From Kudoa neothunni (lineage: Eukaryota > Animalia > Cnidaria), in NCBI GenBank assembly GCA_964304625.1, contig OZ199838.1:3648075-3712074 (forward strand): a stretch of DNA of 64,000 nt. Reading direction: 5' to 3'. The notes beneath the pieces are model-generated. The model had not been told where the DNA came from and searched no databases. It worked only from the letters and a program-made list of their open reading frames with translations. This document shows positions 26,556-38,431 of this stretch, piece after piece. How positions within the stretch are numbered: position 1 is the first letter of the stretch; every line of letters starts with the position of its first letter. The position numbers and the translations under genes are program-made.

Positions 26556-28523
26556 ATGTTTCTATTATACCTTTTTCCGATTATAATTGGGTTAGTTCTA
26601 ACGGACGATTTGTACAGGGTTAGCCAATTGCGAGATACTCCAACCCAAAATATCTATGTACTAGCTTGTTGGTTGTACAAAATATAAATTAGGCATACAG
26701 TACTATGTGAATGTGGTTTTGGAGATTTTTAAAAGCTGTATACGTATGTATAAAGTGAATATCATTGGAGACCATAATTATACTATCGAACTAATGGATA
26801 CAATTTACCGTAATATGTTTAGGTGTAGATATGTTGAGGCTAAAAATTATAAATTTGTAGTCCCTGACTATTTCGTCACAGTAAAGTACTCCAAAGGCAA
26901 ATTTAAGACTATCTTGGAAGAAAATATCTTACAAATTCTCCAAAACAATGATATCAAGACAATTGGTGACTATGTTAGAATCAATGTACTCCAAACAGAG
27001 ACGTCCATAATGAGGTTTTAAAAATGGTTCTGTTAATTATTTTCTAATTGATTAAAAGCGAAATTATAAGCAAAAATTATTCCGAAGCGCTTCTTGAAAT
27101 GAATTCCACTCAACCATTTATAGATAAAATAAGAATTATAACTCTTAAGTCAGTCGACAAAGCTTGGGCTTATTACATAGTGACGTTCGAAGAAAATGAA
27201 GTAGGTGCCTTTAAAAAGTTATCTGTAATTTTTAATTTTATTAAGTCAAAATGGAATGACTTTCTTGTCTATGTCGATGAAAATTCATTTGTGATTGGAC
27301 TGCCCAATTTATCGTATGGGTTTGCACATTCTAACTATGCACTAAACCTCAATGTAACGTATATCGTTGGGACGAATTTTGAGTGTTATGGAATCAATAT
27401 GCTAAAACATCGAATGTTCCGTTTGTTAATGGTGTCTTGGTATTATTTATTTTTATTTTTAATGTTTTAAAGGAAAAGCAATTTGAATCCCCAAGTGAAA
27501 TCGTCCATCACCCGTGTTATCCTAATGTTACATTTGAGTTGGATAAGGAAGATGCATTAAAACAAGTTTGCCCTCTATGTTACATAGAAGGGCGTAATAA
27601 CAAAGTCCTAAACAATTACAAAGTTGTGGGGGAATTAAATATAAGAAAATGCATGGCTTTAATTATCAAGGCTTCTAATCATTTTTTTGAGGAAACCCCG
27701 TTGGATAATTGTGGTTATTACAGTTGGTTAAGTTTTATGGAAACCTTCAAAAATTCTAACCAGAGTGTATGACGATTTTTTAGTTACTAACTGGTCAAAT
27801 ATCCATAATCCCATTTTTAAATCAGCATTCTTTAGTTGGTTTTTGCTCAACCGGGACATAATACCTTAAATACAAATGGTTACGTAAAAATTAAAAATAT
27901 TCTTCGTAGCAACATCAAAAAAGAATGCAATATGTCACTGAATGTATTCCTTGTTTATTATTCTATATGTAATATCTAATAACATATTCAGGGTACAGAT
28001 TTTGACGTCTGCTTTTCTGCAATCTATACCTATTTCATATTCAAATATAAAATCGGGACTGATTTATATTATAAGGTTAGATTTATGAATATTTCGTTGT
28101 TTAGTTTAGTTAGAATTTTGAAATATTATGGGACAAGTTTCTTATATACGATGACTTTGGGCTAGAATTGAACCAAACTCTTATTCATAATCCTGGGCTT
28201 CACTCAACCATATACAGTTATATCAGTAAAATATACGAAGAAGAGCTTAATAAATCCAAAGTAATAATAATTCCCGAATTTCCTGATGTATTGCATATTC
28301 CGTCACGATATGTACAGTCGTCATTCATTTTGGAGTAAGAAAATTAATTTTTAAAAGATTTTAATTTACCTATAGGGGGATAAGAGACTTATGGAAACCC
28401 CTTTTAGCACTCTTCATGATTTTTCTTTTATATCTTTTAGTTGTTTCTTGTAAGAGATATAGAAATGAAAACAAAGATTATCTTGAGGTTGGCAGTGGGA
28501 GTTTGCAAGAGATCAACGATTGA
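26556..28523 (+). CDS. Divergent CD39/GDA1 (ecto-NTPDase)-like membrane protein, copy B; catalytic motifs degenerate
   Basis: Intact 9-exon frame: MFLLYLFPIIIGLVL, YYVNVVLEIFKSCIRMY, LQTETSIM, IRIITLKSVDKAWAYY, FLVYVDENSF, GTNFECYG, HPCYPN, YKVVGELNIRKC, DVCFSAIYTY, FEILWDKF, TM LLALFMIFLLYLLVVSC followed by KRYRNENK; TGA at 28521-28523. Confidence 0.78.
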
Positions 28524-29339
28524 GCTTCCAATATACCTTTTCACATTAATGCTATCTTTATACTGTTTCTTGTTATTGTTCTACAATCTAATTATATATT
28601 TTTTACAATCTCTCTATTTAATAGTAAAATGACAGTATTTAAATCAGTTGGTTGGCTAAACTTAATCTTTTTTCGTATAAAATTTTATTTAAAACGTTTA
28701 TATATTTTTCTATTTGGTTTCTAATTATTTTTGAAGAAAGCATATACTCTATTATTTTAAAAGGATATAATTATTAAGTTTTTGTATTAATTATTCCAAG
28801 AACTTAAGATTGAAATATCAACTCCTTTCATTTTGGAGATGACTTCTTATTTTTAAAAAATATTTCGATGAAATTGTTCATTTATCTCGATATCACATAG
28901 GGTCGTTTGAAATGTATCTTGTGATAATGCGACACGCGCGGTATTAGGTAAAGATATAGAATATTAAAAGTTTACAAGTTATTCTCTCTTTAATTATTTA
29001 AATATTATCTTATATGAAAAAAAGCCTAATTAAAGTACATCACGTAGTTTTATAAGCTATACTAAAAGGATCGGGGAAGCGAGACATTACATATTTAAAT
29101 GCTAACTTAATTAAAATTAGAAAATAGAAAATATTACTTCGTAAGATTTAACATTTCGCATATAACAGCCGTGTTGCGATTATAATTGAAATTTATGTAA
29201 CATTTTACATTATATATTTAAAAAATCATTTTATCTAAATTGTGGCAGTTTCTACCGAATCTTTCGCACGTAAAATCTAACATAAACACGAATAAACAAA
29301 GAAAATGAAGAATTCACAGCATGCACGTATACATTAGAC

Positions 29340-29420
29340 CAGTAGTTCTCAAAATTTAATTAAAACTGAACCCTTTTTACATTATTTGTAATATAATGGA
29401 ACCCTTATCTAAATTATCCT
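29340..29420 (+). mobile_element. hAT (Charlie-like) left terminus
   Basis: CATTAGAC|CAGTAGTTCTCAAA; extent of the element unknown. Confidence 0.5.
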
Positions 29421-29762
29421 CTTAAGGTTTTTATAATAAATTTGAATGGCCTAATACTCCTCGTCATAAGCAAAAATTTTATTTGTTACACAATAACCAA
29501 AAGTGTAATAACAAAAAATTATTTTAATAAAGAAAATAATTAAAAAAACACAGTAAATCGGAACAAATTCTTTTTTTTTAAATTGGAGATGGCAGATCGT
29601 TCAATCGCGAGTTGATTTATTTCTGCCTCTTCTTTAGATGATGTTATACATAACTTTTCTAACCATTGCTCCCATTGTCGATAAAATCAATATATTCAAA
29701 ATTATGATTAGTATACAATTATAATTTAAACTAGATCATCTTATTTTTTCGACAGTTCAAAA

Positions 29763-30300
29763 GTGACGGTTCTAACGGCGCTATGTATATTCGACATAGT
29801 ACCCAGTTACGAAAAAGCAATAATAGAGTCTAAAAAGCACATTATAGCAACTATAGAAGAGAAAATAAGTCAGTTGGCTAAAAATGCACTGAAGGAGTTA
29901 AGTAGAGATAGAGATGCTGTCGTACTCAACAGTTTGAGAAAACTAGAGCCCGCCCTAAAATATACAGAGAGCGCATCGATAAGCTAATAGAGGACGAGAA
30001 AGGCCAGGAATATGGAAACTATGCCAACGTCTTGAAGAATTCAGAAATGCTTTTGTGCGATATAGAGAAAGCGCTAGAATTAAACGGAATGGAAGAGTAT
30101 TCTACTGCGATTAAACAAACGTAATTTCTTAGCTCATTGGATTCCACTCACGTAAACCGCCAGAAAGATAATGCAGCACAATTGCGCCTACCATCAATTT
30201 CATTAAAAGAGTTTGGTGGAAAAGCTGGCAGGTGGACATAGTTTTGGGTAAACTTTTAAAATTTGGTTGATTAAAACAGTGATTTAAATGATCATTCCAA
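29763..30300 (+). mobile_element. BEL/Pao LTR-retrotransposon gag fragment
   Basis: LRLPSISLKEFGGKAGRWT*FWVNF*NLVD*NSDLNDHSK resembles the Pao gag (DUF1759) pattern LPxxxLPxFxG..W..FW..F; coiled-coil-like ORF upstream. Confidence 0.7.
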
Positions 30301-30379
30301 ACCCTGACGTCACCTAATTGTTTCTAATGGATAACACCACAATCTAATGGGTTGCTCATACGGTTCCATATTGTTAAAA

Positions 30380-33300
30380 TTAGCCCAATTGTTATCCATA
30401 ATTAATAGATCATCAAAACATTTAATAATTTTACAATATTTTATGAAGGAAGTTTATTCATTATCCACAAAACATACAAGTTGTTTGTAAATCCTTTAAA
30501 AAAATTAATTGAATTTTTTTAGTTAGTTATATTCGGAAAGATCGATTAATCAAGAAAATCTACAAAAATTAATATTATTAAATTAATTCAATTGATCTTA
30601 TATTTAGATAAGTTTATAACCAATTCAAGTTTCTAAGAAGATTGTCTTATGTGGCTGAATTATAAAAAAATTCAATATTTAAACAAAATAGTTGAGATGG
30701 AAAGAAATTCAAGAATGGTCTAATACTCCAAAAAGAAATAATCTTGTTATTACATAATGGAAATGACTATTATTTATCAAATCATTATTTTTATCAATGG
30801 ATTACACCCAGAACTAATTACAAGAAATCTATAAATAAATAATTATAACTACAACATATTGAATCAAATTGTAAAACTTCGTTACTTTAATTAAAATATT
30901 TTATAGCATATATCTTTTCCGGAATTTAATATCATTTCGTCAACTAAATACTTAATCGAAAATATATGGTTTTTATGGGTTACTATGTGAATATAAATAT
31001 GTTGTAATGTACGGACTAATTTTAAAGAAATATATATTATTAATATATTTTTTAAATTAATAAGAAATATAAATCTTTTAATAAATTAAATAGATGCAAA
31101 ATTTAAGACTACCGATGAAGTTTAGAAAATCGGAGGACATTAGCTAATCTTTTTTTTTCAAGCCGGGGATTGCAATCGGGATATTATTGTTGATAAGGAC
31201 AATATTTGTTTGGGGGAGATAATTTTGACGTTCACGCATTGCCGACTATTTAAATCTGCTAAATAGTCAGAAATAATAAGAAAGTCGAACAACATGACAA
31301 AATGTTTTATTAGAAGCACGGTTGTTAATATTATTGGTATTGGATTATTGGATAAATAAAATAATTATATATAGCATTAGTTGGCATAATTATTCAAGGC
31401 ATACATACAATCAGTCATCCAATTGCTGAGGTATACATAAATTAAAATATCGATTAACAAATTATTAGTTGCCGTATTCATCGATCATTAATTATACAAG
31501 AATATTGGAAGCTGGATACATCGTTTGGTTTGATCAATATGTAGATAACTTGAAATCTGACCATATTATTCCCTCGAATATATCTGTAGTTATAAAACTA
31601 CCATAGCAATTTAATTTCGTTGGATAGGTCGATTTGAAAAATGCCATGATCAGATTTTACAGGGAAAAGTTACGGGCTTATTTGAGTGAAGAAAATTTCT
31701 GTAGCGAATTCGCCACCTGCTCCCATACAAATAATAGTGGTAAAAATAGGTTCAAATTATCAATAATAACTTATGTATAAAATATAGTATTAAATGTGAA
31801 TTTTGATTGCTTATCTTGTCATATTATGGTAAGTTCATTGGGATTATTGACATATTTGATTTAATGGTAAGGGTTCAAGTGTCCCCTTATCCAAAATAGG
31901 GGGTTCACAATTTTGGAGACATTTTTCCACCTACATATGTAGACATGCTAGTGTTTATCGCAACAATATGGTAAAAATGATTTTTTGATTTCACTATCTA
32001 ATACCAAGAATTATAGTGTCGTCTTTTTATTGAAACTTTCATGAAATATAACATCGAATCCAGTGCTTACTTGTCTACCTCAGATATGTGTTCTATTATC
32101 GGCAGTTGCACAAAAAAATATCATAATCATAGGAATAAATAAAAAACTTATTTTATTTTAAATAACTATATCTTGCGTAAATAATCACGATAATTTTTTG
32201 TATTGTTGATGATTAGAATAAATTTTTTTTACTACAAACTTTCTTCCCTATTAAAAGCCATCGATTGAATATTTTTTTTGATGCTTGAAATGAAATTAAA
32301 TGATTAAACTGTAATATTCCTTCTTTAAACCTGTAAGAGAAATACAGTGGTGTATTTTTTTTGAATAGGGGTCAAACGCCACTTGTAACAAACTATTAAT
32401 TACTGCCTTAAAAGTTTTTAATTTAACTTATAAAGGAGAGAAAATAAAAAATATTAAGAAATTATTAATATTTATAAATTAAATTAAATATTATAACTAA
32501 CTCTATGCGTAATGGGCTCATCACGTAGTATCGTATGGGATTAATGAAAAATAATGAACGAAGAAACAAATTAAAATAACTAAATACATCTTATATTGTT
32601 CAAAAATTATAAATTATTGCTTCTAACTGGCAATAATGGAAATTCCAAACTTAACAAATTAAATACAGTACGATCTCGATATTGTGGGTTTCGATATAGG
32701 GTAGTTGGCATTTTTATTTAATTTCCGTATATAAAAATTTGAATTTTTCGATGTTAATGATTATTAAATCTAGTAATCTATCCACAAAAATGATATTATC
32801 TTTATTTTACGCAATTTTTGTAAAATTAAGAGTCTTGCTATTGGGTAATGCTTACTTCTAATTTTAATTCGACTAACCCACTAGATCTCACCTTGGGACG
32901 TTCGGCATGGTGAGAGAACAAAGAAGTTTAGATATGAAAATTGAAGTCATTCAATACTATTAGTAAATTAAATTAATATCAAATTTTAGAAAATGACTCT
33001 AGAATGTTATGGAATATCACGTATTCCCTCGTTGTTAGTTTTATTCAAATTAAAAAGCAGAATATTATATTAAATTTTATTGTTTTATAAATCATTCCGT
33101 GGGAATATTTATCTTATTGTATGTATTTTATAAGGTGAATGGGCCAAATAGTTATACTACACCTTGGTTTCATGTGGGTTTTATTGATAAAAATTAGTTA
33201 TATTAAAGTACATTTTTGAATTAATGAAACATAATTTATATTCTGCATTTATAGGCGATATTTTTGGAAAAAACGCATCCGGCAAAATAGACACAGCAGC
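30380..33300 (+). pseudogene. Probable decayed CD39/GDA1-like paralog (copy D)
   Basis: Exon-sized GT-AG-bounded pieces in NTPDase order: IINRSSKHLIILQY (ACR1-like), TISHP, FRWIGRFEKCHDQIL, NFCSEFATCS; heavily disrupted, boundaries approximate. Confidence 0.35.
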
Positions 33301-35240
33301 CGAAACTGTACGTTGGTTTATTTCGAGGTGTTGATAATCGAAATGATTTTTTAATACAAATCATTTTGATGCTTCCTGTGTAAGTAGAATAGTTGTTTTA
33401 GGTTAAGTATATCAATAGGGGGAATAATTGATTTGTGAAACCCTTGTTACATCACTAACGCAAATAAAACTTTATTGAAACAAACAGACATTTATTGAAT
33501 ATTTACACTATATTACAAGCAAATATCAATTTGATAACGAAAGATAATAAAAAAATAACAACTCCAACTTTGTTCGTGTGCACACTGAGCGACCGAAACC
33601 TATGCCGTAGTCAACATAAACCAAAAATAGGTCCAAATTTTTCAATTTAATAGAATAAATTCAATTAGAAAATTACTTTAGTGACAACATTGACACGAAT
33701 AGCGTTATATTCGCTTCCTCTAAAATTAATTGGAAGACTGATTCTGTCCATGGTGAGAATTTTATAATTTCTGGGAAATTTAACGGCCATTCCAACGTCA
33801 ACTACCGTTCCTTACCTATTGGATCATGCAATTTTCGAAAATTTTAAAAATATCTACAAAATTGTCTTATAAATTCATTTAAGAATTAAATTAAAACTAA
33901 AGAGATTGATAAAATTGTTTTATATATCTTAGTAGTGACTTGTTTAATGTTATATAATTGAAGTATAAATATGGAACTTTTATGAGATATTTTGAAGAGT
34001 TGTTTTACACTAGCAGATCTACTAATCACTGATATTGTAGATGATCCTATGAAAGAGAACATCATTCAGTATATAAAGAATATGCATTTAATGGAAAAGA
34101 ATTAAATATCTATTTCAGGTACAATTAATGAAAGAGGATCCTATTTTAACTTTGGTCTGCACAGTCGGAACAAAATTTTCTCCTCTCCCGATTTAATCTA
34201 TGCATTTCTTAATATACGCCTTAAAAATATTTTATTTCATTTCTAATTAAAATTTCAACTAATGGAGTCAGAAAAAGTTTCCAAATTTTTAGTTTTAAAA
34301 TTATTTATACATTTAAATTCACGCTAAATTAAAAATCACGTTTCCATCTCTTTTAAAATTATTCAGAATTTCTCAAAAAATGAAGCAACGTGATTTTTTG
34401 CAATTGATTTTAAAGTCGAATAAATTAACATTTTTGATATTGATTCATTCTTTTAAAATACAAGGGAATTCAATTTATGAGTAAAACTAAGGAAATTCGT
34501 CAAAAAGAAAATTATATCTATGCTCAACACTTAAGTGTAGAAAACTTGGGAAGGATCCGCTTGAATATCTGAGTATTTAGCTTAAAAATACATGTAATAT
34601 TCAAATAATATTAATTAACAATTTATTACAATATGAATAATTTATATATTTATTGTTTAAACAGATATTTACTTTTATATCGCTTTGTTGATAACGTAAA
34701 TTAATTCACTTTCTATCCAATTTTCACTTTTATTAATTTAAGCAAATGAAAATATCTATTAGAATATTATTAAATCAATTTATTTACGAATTATTATATT
34801 TTTAACAAATTAATCAAAAAAAATAAATAATATTTTTAATTTTTTCTCAAAATTTACAGTATAATTTATTTTATCTATTGATTCTATCTAAATGTCGTAT
34901 AACAGGTGTCGACTAATATTATTACTATTAAATTATTACATCTCTAATGCATCATTGCTCAATCAAGTGCATGAATTTTTGAAAAATTATCTAACAAAAA
35001 TTTAGAAAATTGCAAAAAATGTCTAACTCAATTTAAATTGATAACAGAAAAACAAAAAGGAGAATTTATGTAATTTTCTCCTCCAAATACAATGAGCATT
35101 AAAAATTCAACCAATAAATAGTTACGCTTTACAGACTGACATTTTATATTTATTTAAAGCTAATTATAGATTATATAAATTAATATTATACCTTATTAAA
35201 AGTAGATAATTTTACTCAAAATATCACCCTAGTTTATTTT

Positions 35241-35250
35241 GCGCAGGCGC
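35241..35250. promoter_or_regulatory. NRF1-like GCGCAGGCGC element upstream of POP1
   Basis: GC island within ATTTTGCGCAGGCGCAAAAT, ending 27 nt before the ATG, in otherwise very AT-rich DNA. Confidence 0.45.
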
Positions 35251-35277
35251 AAAATAAAAAACCTAAAAAGAACCACC

Positions 35278-37627
35278 ATGGATGAAAATAAATTTATCCG
35301 CGGAATAGCTCCCATGGAGTTTGCAATGAATAGATCACTCGAACTTTACAACCTAGTTCAAGTATTTTGGAGATATAACAATGTCTCGTTATATAGTTGA
35401 ATTTAGCGTCTAAAACGCACATGTTCTTCAAGATTAGCCATTCAAAGATTACCATGTCATTTGAGACGACGAAGTTCCAGTTATAAATCTCATAAGTTGC
35501 CTCTTCGTAGAGTCGGGAAAGCTTTTAGTCATGGAGGTTACAACGTGGTTGCCAAGGTAACCATATTTATTGATTTTTCTTCTGCGAAATAATTTCTATG
35601 TTAAGCGACGAAAAAAGTCTCGTATAGTTCAACTATATGGAAAAAGACGTCGTAGATATTGTCGAATGAAGTATTTTAAAAAAACGTTGCTGTCTCGATC
35701 GAAAACCACGAAAAAGCAAACCTTTTTGAATAGCGGCAAGTTTCTACCATTAACGACTCATCTGTTTTACGCGAAGCGTTTTCGAATGGTTAAATATACC
35801 AATTGGATTTATAGTTTGCCATTCGGTTGTATGTTCAAAACATACAGACCTTCATGCCGCGCACTTTTAGGATATAGCGTTTTGATAGTAAGCTACACTT
35901 AAACAAGTGCTTAATTGATTATTTTTTCCTTTTAAGGATATGAGCTACTTGACGCAGTTTCAGATATGTTCTAATAACAGTGATATTATCAAATTTTTTA
36001 AAACCTACACAGATGATAGAATTGGAAGTGATATTGAAAGTAAGATATGTGCTGATGGGCTGTGTGAAGGGGAGAACAATTCTTTATGCAAATGTAAATA
36101 ATGAAGATACTAGCCGAGCAGTTGCAGGTCCTATCAAATATAGCGTTTCGATTAGAAGTGAGGAAACCAAAATTGTGGATTTGGTGTCATCCTTGCTGCA
36201 CCAAATCAGTTGACAATCTATTAAATGAATACTACTCCGCAAACCCTTACTACAGTTATGAGTTGTTATCAGTTCAGCATAAATTCAATCGGTATCGATT
36301 GATAGGTCCTCAGTCGTTGGAGATACTTTTTGACACTCTTCTCGCTTGTACTTTGCAGAAGTCGACCCAAATTATTAAAGATGAGGATTTGTTAGCAGGT
36401 CAGCTTTGGAATAGTCGAAAAACCGATGGTCGATTGGTGTATAATCTGCTAGTGCAGTTGTCACTTGTTAAAAAACCCAAAACCAACCATCAAAAAGTAT
36501 CTCTCACCTTCAAAAAAACCACTAATCAAAACATGACATCGGCCAATCCCCGTAGTGATATGATTACCTTTCATTCAAAATTCAAAGGCATTATCACTAT
36601 CAACGATCAAAAATACATTCCTGTTAGTGTGGTGTTGAATCACCGGTTTGATCGGTTGCAGAATCATGTGGATATTGTGGTGAGAGATTCGATAGGTGGC
36701 AGGCGTTTGTGGAACGCGCTGCTAAATAGGAATGTATGTGTTGGTGGTTTGCGTGAATTACAAACCTATTTCTATAATTATCATCAGCCTTTATTTCCTT
36801 ACGATTATCCTGATTGTGTTGATTATCGTCAATCCACATTCGATTACTATGTCACTGAATGTATGAAGTTGAAAAAGAATCAGCGAATGCCACCTCGAAG
36901 ACGCATCAACTTTACCAATCTGCGCCAAATAGAACACGAATCACTTTTGTTCTGTAATAAAAAATGGGTTGACGAATGGAAAGCTGCAACAATCGAATAT
37001 TTAGAAGATTGTTTTCTATCTATTCCTACTCAACTACCTTCAACTTTGGAATTAGATATTCAGAATGATAATTCAACATTAAAGGTTTGTAGAAATGGTT
37101 TTCTTTTGAATAGTTTGGCCGAATATTTCTCCGGGGTAAGTGATAGTACCGTTACCCTGTGTGCGATTAACGAATATACGAGTGAGTGTGATAGTGCTTC
37201 AACATTAGTTTTTGTCAATTTTGATCATGTTAACCTTCGAGGCTGCCCCCAATCGTTGGCCACTATCCACCTGCCCACTTTCCCGGTTTTATCCAGAGAA
37301 ATTAAGGAAAGTGACTGTTTGGATAAAAATTTTAGAAAATATGATTGCTATACTAAAAACCGATTTTCAATCGATATGAATTGGCCTTTTATTATCATTG
37401 GTCAATGTACTGCTGGAAGTTATTCGTATCGATTTGGATATCCTACTGCTCAAGGTTTTATCTCGTTGAAAGCATTGCATTTAATTATTCAACTGGAATT
37501 AACTAAAACCAAAGTTGGTGGTGCACCCGATAGAAACTACAGAAATACAGTCCTTTTACGAAATCGCGGTTCAGATCGTTATTTACGTTCCTACTTCTCT
37601 ATACCATTGCCTAGTTACCAACTGTGA
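35278..37627 (+). CDS. POP1: RNase P/MRP subunit POP1
   Basis: EFAMNRSLEL, IQRLPCHLRRRSSSY, LTTHLFYAKRFRM, DMSY, LWIWCHP, GGLRE, FPYDYPD, RMPPRRRINF, IIGQCTAGSYS; frame anomaly at 36040-36172 (see findings). Confidence 0.92.
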
Positions 37628-38431
37628 TATATTATTGATTTTGTTGTTATTTTAATTCTCGCCCTTCTCTCTACTCTTATTATTATTAATTTTATTCTTA
37701 TTTATTGTTTATACTTTATGATAATTAATGATAATGATAAGCTGTTTTGGTTCGCAAAAATAATATGCAATAGGCCCGATAATAATAGTTTGTTTATAAA
37801 TACAATATTATCATCAATAATATTTTTGTTGTTAGGTTTGTAATATTATAACAAATACATTGTGAGAAGAATCTATTTTTCAATACCTAAGTTATGGAAG
37901 AAATGTAGGGAACGGTAGAGAATTCTTCGTAACTTTTAACATAAACTGATGTTGGTGGGAAGAAAGACGCGTATATATTTAAGATTAGGGGTGGTGTTTG
38001 TTGTTGATATGACTGTTAAGTATAATTTTTCCGTCTTTATGGCCTATAAGATTATCTCGATAATGATGGCTAATCCGTTAGATGGCTCCTTTGACTGTGC
38101 TTATGTGGCTATTTTACCGTTATCTCTTATTAGTATTAAGGTTCTTTTTAGTTGATCTGTTTATGATCAATTAAGGAATTAACGTATATGAGGTCCTAAA
38201 TTGAGTATATCTGTCGAAATAACACCATTTATTTTTAGATTAAAATATTTAACCACAAAAACAATGTCCAACTCATACACATCCGATAATAAGTCAATAA
38301 GATGATCGTCTTAACTCCAAATATTAAGGTAACTATTTCCGCAAAGAAAATCCACATAATTAAACAGGATTTTGTGAGTGAGTCAATTCGCAGTGCTTAA
38401 GGGAGTTTTCGATCGTTACACTTATCAAATA

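Noticed and set aside
33441-33689. Solo LTR (TGTTA...CAACA)
   Set aside because: No matching target-site duplication and no second copy in the window
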